NCBI GenBank assembly: GCA_002633005.1
Contig: NMRA01000364.1
Span: 181,075 to 245,074 of the forward strand
Direction of reading: 5' to 3'
Source of the DNA: Phoronis australis
Lineage: Eukaryota > Animalia > Phoronida
Length of the DNA: 64,000 nucleotides
Shown: positions 12,667-24,985 of the stretch, piece by piece
Layout of the letters: every line of letters begins with the position of its first letter
How positions within the stretch are numbered: the first letter of the stretch is position 1
Notes under the pieces: model-generated
The model's database searches: none
The model's input: the letters and a program-made list of their open reading frames with translations, nothing else
What the model was told of the DNA's origin: nothing
Made by a program: the position numbers and the translations under genes

Positions 12667-13808
12667 ACAGTGCTGCTTGGAAACCCACCCCTCGTTTCCG
12701 TAAAGCTTATGCTAAATTTGCTGTGCATCAAAACGAGCACATTACGGAAATAAAACTATCTGTTTCATGCTCGTGTTAAATTATATAGACATGCCCATAG
12801 TGGATTTATTATGTTTACGTCTACAAACGTGCTCTTAAAGCTGCAGTGATATCCTTTCCACGTACTGAATTTGAGAAGAATGCTAATTAATCCCGTCTCA
12901 AAACGCCTTGCAATTATAGCACCAGTTTTAACATAAATTAGACTTGAGGAATAACCTGTGATGGGATTGAAGCGCTCACATTTCGGTAGGGCTGCCCAGC
13001 CTTGGGGTTTTTTGAAGCATACGGGACTTCCTTTTTTACTCGTAATTACTCTGGATGTTTGTCGTGACAACGAAAATACCCCTCCCCCCCTTTGATGATA
13101 GAAGAGGTTCGAGATCAATTCTTGAGGCCGAGTGGCCTAGTTAGGATTTTGTCTTTAACGGATAAAAACGGACAAAGAACACACGAATGTCGATGAAATT
13201 ACCCATTGAAACTTTAATGAACTTCAATTTTACTGATATTTCAACGTGGCCGTAGTTACCGTAGCAGAAGAAGCAATGGTTCCGCAAGTGTTGTTTGATG
13301 AGTGGTGGTACTAAGAAGCTGTGGGCCTTATCTACTCAGTGGGTCAGCGTGGTGTGACGCGGCAAGTAATTATTATGTAAGGTACATCGTCACAGCTGTC
13401 CGTGAAATGAAACACCTGCTTCCAGGCCTCTGACTTACCATGTTTACTCACGCCTGAGTGCCAAGCGCCATGATGTTTTTTTTTTTACCCCGGCCGCAGG
13501 AGACGCCAACGATGCAGTAGATTAAGCGACAGAGATCCAGAATTTGAGAGGACTACTCGGTTCCAATGACGAGGAAAGGCTTTTAGTAGAACAAAATGTA
13601 TGTTTCCAAGACAGACATGCTGTGCATATTCTTAAAGTTTTTGATGGTTGCATATCCTCCAATCAAAACCATCGCTGATGTCGAGTCGGAACCAATGGTG
13701 TCTTCGTAGACGACTCCCTTTATGGCTGGGTGGCACGTAGTTTCGAATATCAGACGAGATGAAATGTATACACTCTTGAGCTCGTTGCGTTCGAGAGTGA
13801 GATTTAAT

Positions 13809-14048
13809 TCAGGATTTTGAGTTGGGGGGGGGNAAGTTTGGGTTTGCGAACCTGTTGACTAAAAACAAAAAAACGGTAAACGGGGTTTGTTCAGGGCCTA
13901 TGCATTGTTTATTCACCCCTCGAGCCCCCCCTGCTTGCGCGCATGTGCTAGTCAGTAATTCGCACCCGAACTCCCGAATGGTATCTGGTAGAATTTTAAG
14001 GGGGGCATGGCCCCCTTGCCCCCCCCCCCCACCTAATTCCGCCACTGG
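13809..14048. mobile_element. GC-rich MITE remnant (CAGTGGCGGA-type end, left terminus eroded)
   Basis: Ends with GGGGGCATGGCCCCCTTGCCCCCCCC...AATTCCGCCACTG; begins CAGGATTTTGAGTTGGGGGGG. Confidence 0.5.
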
Positions 14049-14948
14049 CAACTGTCTGATCGCAGACAGCGACAACAGTAAGATGCACAGAGTCAACATC
14101 GATATATTAATTCCGCATCTCCGAACATGCGCTTGCTCATTGTCAAGGTCAAAAATAAAATGATAGCGTGCGAAAAGCACAATGGACTAGAAACGAATAA
14201 CCACGTGTAGGGCCTACTAATAATTTACAAATTCTTCTCCAGAAAATCTTTCTAGATCGATATAGTGTTAATCATTTGTATCGTTTGTTTTCAAGTTTCA
14301 TTTTAGATAACAAATCCATAAAACGAATTTCAACACAAAGCCACTTGATCAAACCTTCTTTACAAAATTTGGGTACGAAAGTAAATGCTTTTAAAAGTTA
14401 GCCTCATGTGTTCGCGCCTAGGTGCGTCGTACTTTCATTTTACTGAACTCATATTTCAATATAAAACTTCGTTCATAGTTTTGTGATTCCTTTCGCCGAT
14501 GTAACATGGGGTACTCTAATGTTCTAAAATCGGACATAATACCAGTTACCACCAAACAATTTTGAGCTGTTGGAGATATAAGTACTTGGACATACTTTAT
14601 GAAGCCGAATTTGCCTAGTACCGATAAGAAAACCAGTAATTTTTGGTACTACGTTTGAAATGAGTATCGGAGTGGCCGTGGCATTATTCATATTCGTGAA
14701 GTACGCAATTGGCAATTACAGTACATGAAAAGTGGTTACCGTATATGCAACTAGATCACAACAACTTGTGTTGGAAATATTTTCAAAAAATCCGATTTCC
14801 TTTTCTGTGTCATTGTCAGGGAACGCCCACGCTATTCCTCAAACATTTTCAACACTAGTAAGCTTTTCTCGAAACGTATTTTTGTTATCCAAGATGTGTT
14901 GGTCTATCTAGATAGTCCTAGTAATGCTTTAGCAGCACACGAAGACGC

Positions 14949-14956
14949 TATATAAA
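14949..14956 (+). promoter_or_regulatory. Candidate TATA box of the CTHRC1-domain gene
   Basis: TATATAAA followed about 50 nt later by a consensus donor ACG|GTGAGT (15008), about 750 nt upstream of ATG 15704; fits a short non-coding first exon. Confidence 0.35.
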
Positions 14957-15023
14957 CACCCAAACGCACGGACATCACCGAGAGAAAACAACAAAGAAAG
15001 ACGAACGGTGAGTAGTTGTAGTT

Positions 15024-15160
15024 TCGAACATTACCCGATGTAATACCCAAGGGCGAGGTATGTATCAGTCGAACATTACCTGATGTAATACCCAAGGGCG
15101 AGGTATGTATCAGTCGAACATTACCCGATGTAATACCCAAGGGCGAGGTATGTATCAGTC
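15024..15160. repeat. Tandem repeat, 3 x 45 bp, near-identical
   Basis: Unit TCGAACATTACCYGATGTAATACCCAAGGGCGAGGTATGTATCAG at 15024, 15069 and 15114. Confidence 0.95.
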
Positions 15161-15703
15161 GCGCGGGGAACCGATATGTTCCATAGAACACCGATGTGTG
15201 CGGGTGTTGGTAGTCGGCCGTTTGTTGCATTTAGCAATTTGACTTCGTATGTGATCAGTGATACTTTTAATATATTGTAGGAATTAAATTTACGAAGTCG
15301 TGCTACCGTTCAAGGAAGGCTTTGAAGAAACTCGAATAATGGTACTAAAATAGGAACATTTTATAGACGTATAGTTCCGAATGATTATGTGTTTTTTTTC
15401 AACCATCAAGTTATCTACCTATGTAAAACAATATAGTTCGGTATCATTCAATTTATGTGGTCTGAGTGCCTGAGTGTGGTTTGAGTTCGGGTTTCGATGT
15501 AAGGGTTTCCGTGCATAGTCAGTTTTGCGACACATGATAAGGTTGCCTGTCATCGGTATCATTATTATCACCAACAGTAGAGCGTGAACAGGTGTGTGTC
15601 CTTCTGAATTCGCAACGAAGCCTCGCCAGCGATAACGTTCACAACGCTACCGTATCTATCGAGCGCTATTGCATTAGGTCACTATGTACTAATTTCGGGC
15701 AAG

Positions 15704-18700
15704 ATGTTGGTCGTTTGTGTACTTTTCTGTGGTCTGTTTGGGCTTGTTGTAGCCACAGGCCCAATGGTTGGCCCTCTGGATTATGTGGCAGAAATTGAGA
15801 AGTTGAAAACTCAATTCATGAACGCTAAGGATACACAGGACGCAGAAATTAAAGTAAGTGACTCAATTCTAATTATTCTTATGTATTTTAATTTGTTTTA
15901 TTTTTAAATTCAGAAATAACAAACATGGACATTTTACCGTTCGTTTCAACAACACGTAATATGTAGTTACCTTGTCAGAAGTTCGTCCGCCAGACCATTG
16001 ATATATAATAAATTCATGACAGACCCAAGAGCTGAAAGACAGCGTCCTGACAAAGGGTTATAATAAAATACTAGGTGGAACCAGTGCACGCCGAAGTTTT
16101 GCCGCCGCAAAACCTGGCGCTTGAAGGTCACGGGAACGAAAGAGGACACTGACGTCGCCTGGGTAGGCGAGATGCTTCTGAGTTTTTCTTTTCAGACGGA
16201 CGAGAGAAGCCCCAAAATCCGGGCCTCGCCATAGCGAATTACATTAGAATTTACGTGATAAACCAACAGGTGGACGATCGAGCAAATGAAATTTGCACGA
16301 GAACAAATTAACACGGTGACGACTGAATATTTGCCACAGATTTTAGTAACCAGGTGAAAGGCCCTTAACAAATCGTGAGTTTGTTCATTTACGTTGAACG
16401 TAGGTCGTAAATCTACTCGAGAAAATCAGTATTTTTATCAATGCAATTTAGCCACAGAGACTATTCATTAACAGTCCGTTAACTGACTTTTTGAACGTGG
16501 CCAATGGCATCGCCCTAAAAGTCATACTTCTGAACACGCCTTGTGTTTGCTTTCAAAATTTTTGCAGATTCTGAAACTACAAGTGCAGTCTCAGCAGAGC
16601 ATGAGTGAAGAACTTAATCATTTACTAGGTGAAGCCAACAAGAAAATTGGGGATCTTTCAACGTTAGTGGACACTTTACAAAGCGACCAACGATCACTAA
16701 AGTACCAGTGCCAAAACGGTTTACGAGAGCAGAATACGCGCTTATCTAAGCTGGGTACGTGAATCAAGGTGATGGGAAACCAATTATGAAGTATTTCGGA
16801 ATGTTTCATAAGAACATCAAGCAGCCTACATTTAATTACTCGGTAAGCAGACATGCTAGTATATATCAGTGACGACGATTGTGAAAGCCCACGCAAATAA
16901 AACATCATTTCAAATTTCATTTGGCACTAATCTGCAGTTTTCAATATTGTTGCAAATGATGTACACGTGCCCTTTGTGATGATAAAAATTGGCGTGTCTT
17001 CTGTACTGTTTCGAGCTTGACTGGTTAAAAACTTTACAGTCGAAGAATCCCTCAAGAAGGGGGTTAGGTTTGTCGAATTAACCCCGAAAAGTGGTGACAA
17101 AAGACTGACTCAATCTTTAAATGGCTCATTTGGGTATCCTCTAATCCGGGGTCGCATGTAATCGTCCACAAAACGGATATTTACAGGTCCATAACTGTCG
17201 TAGCACAATTCTTGCATGGGTGCTGCAGTCTTGTTGTTTTGTCCATGATTAAGATTCTGCATTGCGGTTCCAATCGACTCTGCTACGTAGTGAGCATGTC
17301 TGCTATAGCTGTGAAGTATCCTGTGACAAACTAGCCACCTGTCCGCTACAGTGAAACCGAAGATAGCAACTGGCCCATGAGCCTGCTAGTCCTCATACCT
17401 AGTGTTTTCGCGATGTTTTTTTAGCACAAATGCGAAGAAACGTCAAGGAATTTACGTGGCGGTCACTTCACGACTATACGGATAAGGGGTTGATCAAGGT
17501 AAGGATCCCGTTTACAGATACGTTGCAACTCGAATGAGTTTACTGTAGGAATTTACGGTATAGCTGTTCCGGGTAGTAGTGACCGCGTTCGGCTTGATTG
17601 CATGTTGCCAAATTTAAACATCCACTTTCATGATACCATGGTTTGCTGCGTTCGCTATAATGTTCACTCCTTATTTCTTTACCTTTTTCAATAGTGTACG
17701 TCCTCAATAGACGTGAGCATTTGCTGTGTTCGTCTAGCTTGGCATTCAATTGAGACTGGGCGCTGGAATTAGAAACGATAACTAAAGGCACTGAACTTCA
17801 ATAACAATATTTCTGGCGATAATTTACCATTCCGTATCTTTATTTTCCATCTAGTACAATGACTTACGATTCCGTACCGTTAGTTACGATAATAAACCAT
17901 TGTTTACTTAACTGCTCCGATATTTACAATTTCTTACGATTATTTATTCTGTATCATTTTTTACTCCATTCCGTAATATTGCTTACCCTTTCCTGTCATT
18001 GTTTACAATTCAGCACCAATATACCAAATTCCTTACCTTGATAATTCATTCCGTAGCACAATTTAGGATAACGTATCATTTTCTGTTGCGAAACTATAAC
18101 ATTATTTAACATTTCCTCAACTGTTTACCATTCTGTGCAACTATTTACCATTCTGAACAGATTTTAGTATTCCACACCGATGATTACCACTTTTAATCAC
18201 AATTTACTATCCCGAAACATTACTAACCAATATGCACTATTATGTACCGTTATTAATGATAACGTACTATTGGTTACTAAACCATACCGTCATTTACAAT
18301 TTTTCCTTTTATTTACAATCCATGCCTTCATTTACAAATCGAAATAGTAATTTATCATGCTGAGTCATCAATTATATTTCTGTAGCCCTGTTTACCATAT
18401 CGTACCATTTCTTTCAATTATCAGTCATTCTAAACCACTGATAAACATTCTGAGCAGCTCCTTACCATTCCACATCGTTAATTACCTATTCTAGTCGTCA
18501 TTTACCATTCCATGCCATTATTTACTATTTTGTGCTGTTAACATTATTTACCTTGATGTACCAGTACTTAATATTCTGTACCATTGTTTACCAAACCGTG
18601 AAGTTATTTACCATTCCTTCTAATTATTTGCCACTTTCTACAATTATTTACAATTCTATGTCGTTATTTACCAATTTAAATCCTTATTTACATGCCATCG

Positions 18701-21694
18701 TTTATCAATTTGTACCACTGTTTATCAAAACGTGCAATTTCTTTCAATAATTAATCATTCTATACCAATTATTTACGTTCCAAGCAGTTATTTTCCACTC
18801 CATACCGTTAATTAACGATTCTAGTGTTTTTTACCATTCCAAGTTATCATTTACTGCTTTGTACTACTATTTATATATTCTTAACATTATTTACCTTTCT
18901 GTGCATTTACTTTCTATTCTGTACCATTATTTACGATAACGTACCTTTATTTACCACCTCTCCCAATTACTTACCTTTCTCTACAATTATGTACTTTTCC
19001 ATGTCGTTATTTACAACAGTTAATCATTATTCCGAGCTATTAATTATCACTTTGTACCAATTATAGTAGTTACTTGCCATTCCAAGCCACTGTTTACCAT
19101 TCTGCACTATGATTTACCATTCTGTAGCATTATTTAAGATAACATACCCTTGTTTACCAAACCATGCCATTATTTATTATTTCTTTCAGCTATTTATCAT
19201 TCTGCACCGCTATTTACCATTCGGAACAATTCTTTATCATTCCATATGATAATTACCTATACTAAGCAATATCTACTAATCCCAGCTATTATTTGCCATT
19301 CTGTACCACTATCTACCATTGTGCACAGTAATCTACATTTCCATCCTGTTATTTACCATTCCGTGCCACTATTTATCATTTGGAACAATATTTTACTGTT
19401 TTGTACATTTTATCAAAAACAGTTCCGATGTGCGATTACTCATAAAGAACGTCTATTTGTTGTTGAATTTATGGTTTTTGAATGTTGATAATAATATTGT
19501 CGAGTTTGTCATTATAACTGTTATTATCGTTTTTATCACTGTTTTTTTGCAACAGACTGATATATTGTCATCAGTACCGTAAATCAAATGTTATTTATAT
19601 CATAATAACAAGTATTATTTTCAATGTTTTTTACCATGTTTGCGCGTTTTCAAACAATACGCTTACATCCAAACTAATGCATTTGCGAGGAGTACTTGGG
19701 TCGAATGCGTTACGAAACCGTAAGACCCGGCAATTGAGCGTTTGCTCCAAATTGTGAACCTGTGCCTAATTGTGACTTTAGGCAGATACGTCGCTCAAGA
19801 AAGCAATGCTTCTCTTGGTGGTGACTTTATGAATAGGCATTGAGTTTCGTTGTACAAGAATGACCTTGCGGAGTTTGAATTCCATTGCGACCACGCTCCT
19901 TCAATACAATTCCGTCATTTCCCGTACGACGTTACAATGTACACGAACACATACGTGGTATTGTACGTGATAACGTCACACACAAATAAACGAACTTTGT
20001 ATCGAATGAGCATGATTTTTCGAGTTGTGTAGTTACGATAATCTATTTCCAGGGCTCTGCGATGTATAACGCCACGATTATGCCGCTATGACAACTGGCA
20101 AATTGATGTATTGAGTGTAGCATCTTTGTCTATTAGAATTGAACGGCCACTTTTAATACCTCTAATATTTTCCTTTTTAAAGACAAATTTCTTTATCTGC
20201 CATTCCGTACCATTATCTTCCACTTCCCACAATTTTTTATAATTCTGTATCGCTGTGTTTCACTTGTTATCATAAGTTACAATTTCATATCATTATTTAA
20301 CATTCCTAGCTAAAAGTTGACATCCAACATTGTTATTCACAGGGTTTTTTCATTAATAACCATTCCGTTTCATTAATGCCACCTGAACAGTTTGTTTACC
20401 ATTACTTACCATTTCCTACGATAATTAGCTATTTCATTATTTGCCATTTTGTACCGTTATTTTCCATTTCTTACCATCACCTAAAATCCGTACCCTACTT
20501 ACCTACTTGCCGTCAATTATAATTTCCGTTCAATTATTTGTCATTTGTTACCATTACTTAAAAATCCGTACCCCTTCTTACTTACTATCATTTACATTTT
20601 CCGTTCAATTTGCCATTTCTTACCTTTACCTAAACATCTATCGTACTATCCTTTATCATTCACCATTCTTACCATTGTGTACTACTCCTCACCCTCGTTC
20701 CTTCCCTTACCATTCCCTACCATTTCTTACCATTGGTTACCATCCTATGCCATTCCGTACCAGTCCTTAAGATTAATTACCATATGATTCTTGTGTAGTT
20801 TGAACGAGACGCTAATTTAAGGTGACCTTCAGGTAAGATGACTTCGAGTTAACAAAAATTCTAATAAAATTTACAAAAAACGAATTTTTCCAGTCAGTTA
20901 CTTTTACAAAGACGAACGCAAGCAGTGCTTTGAAGTTAACTTGGAATGGTGATCTGAGGTCTTTGCCGCAGAGAGGTGGCATAAAAACGTGCAACCGCTG
21001 GTTTTTCGTGATAAATGGCAAAGAATGTTCCAATCCAGCGCCCATTGATGGCCTCATCGAGATGAGCAACGTTGTGAACATCCATCGTCCATCATCAAGT
21101 GAGTTTACGACACTGCTGGAAACTTAAGCTAATTTTATGAATGTTCTTTTCCATGAGGTGTCGCACAATAACCTGACGCTTTCCACCTGTCTCAACGTCA
21201 CCTAGAGTAGAGGGCGAATGTGCAACTCACGCTACACACTGATCAACAATCAATTGAATACAACACAGTTGTTTTGTACACCGTGTGAAAATTAGTCTTT
21301 TCGTAGTCAGCGAGATGAACTTACCATACAAGTTTCAATAATTATTACACTATACAATTGTCTTTCAAAATGTTATTCTGGAAGCACGGTCCATAAGTCT
21401 GGATACAGCCCTGTAGGCTATGGTTTCTTTGATGATACTTCCGCTAATGGTTGTAAAAAGTGACACTTTCGGAGTTTCCGTCTACCTGCTTCCTGCACCT
21501 GGCTGATGTTTAGACGTACGTGTTCACAAGCTTTCCCTCATTTTTCAGTTGAAGGACTGTGCTTTGATATAGCAGCCGGCAATGTCAAGATTGACTTCTA
21601 TGTTGGAAACTGCCCGGCAGGTCTGCTACTAGGAGACGCCCACACGTGCTTTGGGACCACGTGCAGAATTCTAGTTGAAGAATTGAACGTTTGA
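15704..21694 (+). CDS. Secreted CTHRC1 C-terminal-domain protein with a coiled-coil stalk instead of collagen (about 253 aa); exons 15704-15853, 16568-16754, 17425-17498, 20894-21098, 21549-21694
   Basis: Signal peptide MLVVCVLFCGLFGLVVA, coiled-coil exons, then RNVKEFTWRSLHDYTDKGLIK|SVTFTKTNASSALKLTWNGDLR...CNRWFFVINGKECSNPAPIDG...VNIHRPSS|IEGLCFDIAAGNVKIDFYVGNC...GDAHT...RILVEEL. This matches the CTHRC1 pattern FTK..S.SALRV...G.LR...C.RWYFTFNGAECSGPLPIE...NIHRTSSVEGLC...GDAST...RIIIEEL. All splice phases are compatible (0,1,0,1). AATAAA at 21761. Confidence 0.88.
17820..19410. repeat. Degenerate ~21-bp satellite (core TATTTACCATTC) in intron 3 of the CTHRC1-domain gene, block 1
   Basis: Dozens of ATTTACCATTC / TTACCATTCTGT variants at roughly 21-bp spacing; G-poor plus strand. 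Confidence 0.85.
20195..20785. repeat. Same TTACCATTC satellite, block 2
   Basis: CCATTCCGTACCA and TTACCATT variants. Confidence 0.8.
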
Positions 21695-23650
21695 AAGGAT
21701 TTAACTTGGTGGTAAATTTCGCCACGTGAAGCCTTCTATAACTCAGGGAGCGGCAAAACGAATAAATTTTAAATGACTATAACTTGGGAATCAGTACTTC
21801 CATGGAAACGACGCAGACGACAGGAACTGAAAGTGGTACTTTATTGAGTTACTCTCTGTGATCACTTTCGGGGAGGAACTTATTTGTTTTGATGTCACCA
21901 ACCATTGAATTATAATAAGAAAAAATTCCCACGTTTAAACTTGTAATTTGTCTTTTAAAGTTGACTGATTCTGCAAGTTGGACATGGAATAAAACATATT
22001 TAAAAACAAAAAAATACTGAGGTGTCCACGAAGGAGTGATACTGCAAATAAAGTGTCCAGGGGTTGCAAAACGTCATAGTTTATTTTTTTACATTAAAAT
22101 AGTAATTTAAAGCAAATTTCTGAATTTTTGAGTAGCTCATGCCGATGAAATTTGGAACTACCATTTCAATAGTGTTATTGGAGTTGTAACCATAAATGTA
22201 TTACCAAAGTGACAACGGTACCACTCAATCAAAGAACACATTTACGAATATGTCACACTAAAGCACTCGTTTTTTTAAAAAAAAGCATTTAAATTTTACA
22301 CGAGGGCCGGATTAAGCTTTACAACTTTGCTCCCAGATCGTTCATATCTTATTCATGCCATAAAGTAAAATGTGAGCATTTTTAATTTAACAAATTAAAA
22401 TCAAAATTAAAGTGAGCCTTAATATTTGACGCGAAAAATAAAATTAAATGACCTGACACGAGTTGCGGTCTTGACCAACCAAAGCAACGTCTTCAAAATT
22501 AAGAATGATTCAATTCGTTGCAATGTTGATTTTTAAAGAAAATTACAAGTTTCTGAAAGGTATACGTTTGAATGCAGCGGCGATACTAAGTAATAAAGAA
22601 ATTCACCCCTAAATCTCCGGCACCTATAATTCCCATTCTCACTGTTTTCCAGACGACACTGCCCATCTTGTTACCAGTCTCCAACCCTATGATCCGAGAC
22701 GTCCTTTCCTCCGCACATGGTGTTCTCGCTTCACGTTAATTCAATTTATACGCGACTTCTTGGTGTATATGAGGGACATGAGGTCGTATGCGCAAAAAAT
22801 CTGTTGAGCTGAGTGGCAGCTTGGGTATTTATCAATAAACTATGGGGTCAAATGTAAAGTTGAAATGAGTTTCTACCGGATGAGGGCTTTTTGCAAGGAA
22901 CTGGAACCGGTCATGGCCCCGTTGTGACCCTCCTTCCCGTGGATCTGCCAGTGATAATCAGTCACGGGTTACAGACAATTCTATCTTTTCTCGTTGACAC
23001 GTTCAGTGTTCAGATAACGCGATGAACTAGACAGGAAAGACTGCCATCATCGTGACACTACTTTGCAAACCAGTTCGGATAACCGTCATTGCTAAATATT
23101 CGCTACACACCAGTTTTATTCACTGGTAGATGCTTTTATTAAAAAAGAAGAAAAAAAAACGAACAAAAACCTGGTCAGAATCCACGTTTATTGAAGAAGT
23201 TTTGCAACAGGATTTAACTGGCGAATAACTAAAAGCTTCTAACCCAACGGTATAAAGGAAACTTGGATTGACGCCGAAATTTTAACGAAACTTGGTTGCA
23301 CTGAGGAGGATGGTATTGTAAAGAAGCTTTGGCCCATCAATTTTGATCCGGAAGAACGTCGGAACGGGAGAACATAAATGCGGGGTGACTGGGCAAGGAA
23401 AACGAACGTGGCCTACGTGACCCTCCGAACACTGAAACATGGAAAACTGGATGGACAACTGACGGAGGGGAATATGAATACCGGGAAATACGGTCCCGAA
23501 AACAAAGGGCAAGAACAAGGTTTTCGTCAGGAAAATATTTCACGTGTGTTCACAGTTAAAGTTAATAGGGTTTTAAAGCTATTTTAACGTTAATGTTTTG
23601 CAAGGTTGGTTATGGTAACTAATACTTGACCAAATTCACGTCAATCTTAA

Positions 23651-24985
23651 AGGCGAAGGCAACCTTTTTCCATGTCATTTTGAGCTAAAATAAGGTTGGT
23701 TGGTTATCCTAGACATATTTTTCACTTAATTACAACTTTTCGTAATTTCATTAATTATTCGTCCGCTTTTCCGGAAGTGACGTTTTAGGAGGCAAGCGCT
23801 TCCCGTCAATTTCTTTTCACATAGTCTGACTGTGAGAGCTGCCGAGTCAGTCATTGTTCTACCTCGGTTGTGTTAAGTTCCGTCGTCATTCGCTTTCATT
23901 TACTAGTCAGTCAACATGCCACACTGTTGCTGCGTACCAGGATGTAGTAATTATCGGCTCACGCGCGCTTTGGGAGTGCCTTTGCATCGCTTTCCGATGG
24001 ATGACAAACTTCGCCGTACTTGGTTCGTTCGTGTGAAGAACGCAGCGTTACCCGTCCACGCAACGTACAAAGCAGTGGAGAATTACCGTGTGTGTGGCAA
24101 GCACTTTCTGCCGTCCGATTACGAAAGGGATTTGTACGCTGAACTGATGAAGGTCCCCGCGAAACAACGCTTGAAGNNNNNNNNNNNNNNNNNNNNNNNN
24201 NNNNNNNNNNNNNNNNNNNNNNNNNNNNNNNNNNNNNNNNNNNNNNNNNNNNNNNNNNNNNNNNNNNNNNNNNNNNNNNNNNNNNNNNNNNNNNNNNNNN
24301 NNNNNNNNNNNNNNNNNNNNNNNNNNNNNNNNNNNNNNNNNNNNNNNNNNNNNNNNNNNNNNNNNNNNNNNNNNNNNNNNNNNNNNNNNNNNNNNNNNNN
24401 NNNNNNNNNNNNNNNNNNNNNNNNNNNNNNNNNNNNNNNNNNNNNNNNNNNNNNNNNNNNNNNNNNNNNNNNNNNNNNNNNNNNNNNNNNNNNNNNNNNN
24501 NNNNNNNNNNNNNNNNNNNNNNNNNNNNNNNNNNNNNNNNNNNNNNNNNNNNNNNNNNNNNNNNNNNNNNNNNNNNNNNNNNNNNNNNNNNNNNNNNNNN
24601 NNNNNNNNNNNNNNNNNNNNNNNNNNNNNNNNNNNNNNNNNNNNNNNNNNNNNNNNNNNNNNNNNNNNNNNNNNNNNNNNNNNNNNNNAAATCCAACGCA
24701 GTTGAGTTCTCTACTAACCTATCTTGCCGCAGAATACTCGCCGATGGAAAGTGGTGGCGACAATTGGTGAAAAATAGCACAAAACAAAAGTAGAATAGAA
24801 CAGATTCGCACAGTAAGCTCAACGCAAAACCAAATGGCGGGAAGCGCTTGCCTCCTAAAACGTCACTTCCGGAAAAGCGGACGAGTAATTAATAAAATTA
24901 CGGAAAGCTGTAATTAAGTGAAAAATATGTCTAGGATAACCAACCAACCTTATTTTAGCTCAAAATGACATGGAAAAAGGTTGCC
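23651..24985 (+). mobile_element. THAP-encoding DNA transposon with ~155-bp TIRs and TTAA flanks (Kolobok-like); contains assembly gap 24177-24688
   Basis: 23656-23810 is the near-perfect reverse complement of 24832-24987. TTAA at 23647-23650 and 24986-24989. Left terminus AGG, fitting the Kolobok RR..YY/TTAA pattern rather than piggyBac CC..GG. Confidence 0.85.
23916..24176 (+). CDS. THAP (C2CH zinc finger) domain, N-terminus of the transposon protein; runs into the N gap
   Basis: MPHCCCVPGCSN...LHRFP..KLRRTWF...RVCGKHFLPSDY...RLK has the THAP C, C, P, W, C, H, F residues in order; the gap starts just before the expected AVPTI box. Confidence 0.92.

Noticed and set aside
15024-15160. CRISPR-like array
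   Set aside because: Units are contiguous with no unique spacers, the context is eukaryotic and there are no cas genes.
20053-20107. Candidate extra exon of the CTHRC1-domain gene (TTCCAG|...|GTATTG)
   Set aside because: Needs a phase-2 entry that no upstream exon supplies; 17425-17498 fits both phase and homology much better.
23282-23590. Overlapping short ORFs or possible repeat element next to the THAP transposon
   Set aside because: No protein motif, and no clear TIR/TSD could be defined.
23959-24822. Long ORFs spanning 24177-24688
   Set aside because: Their length is an artefact of the N run; only the THAP part before the gap is supported.
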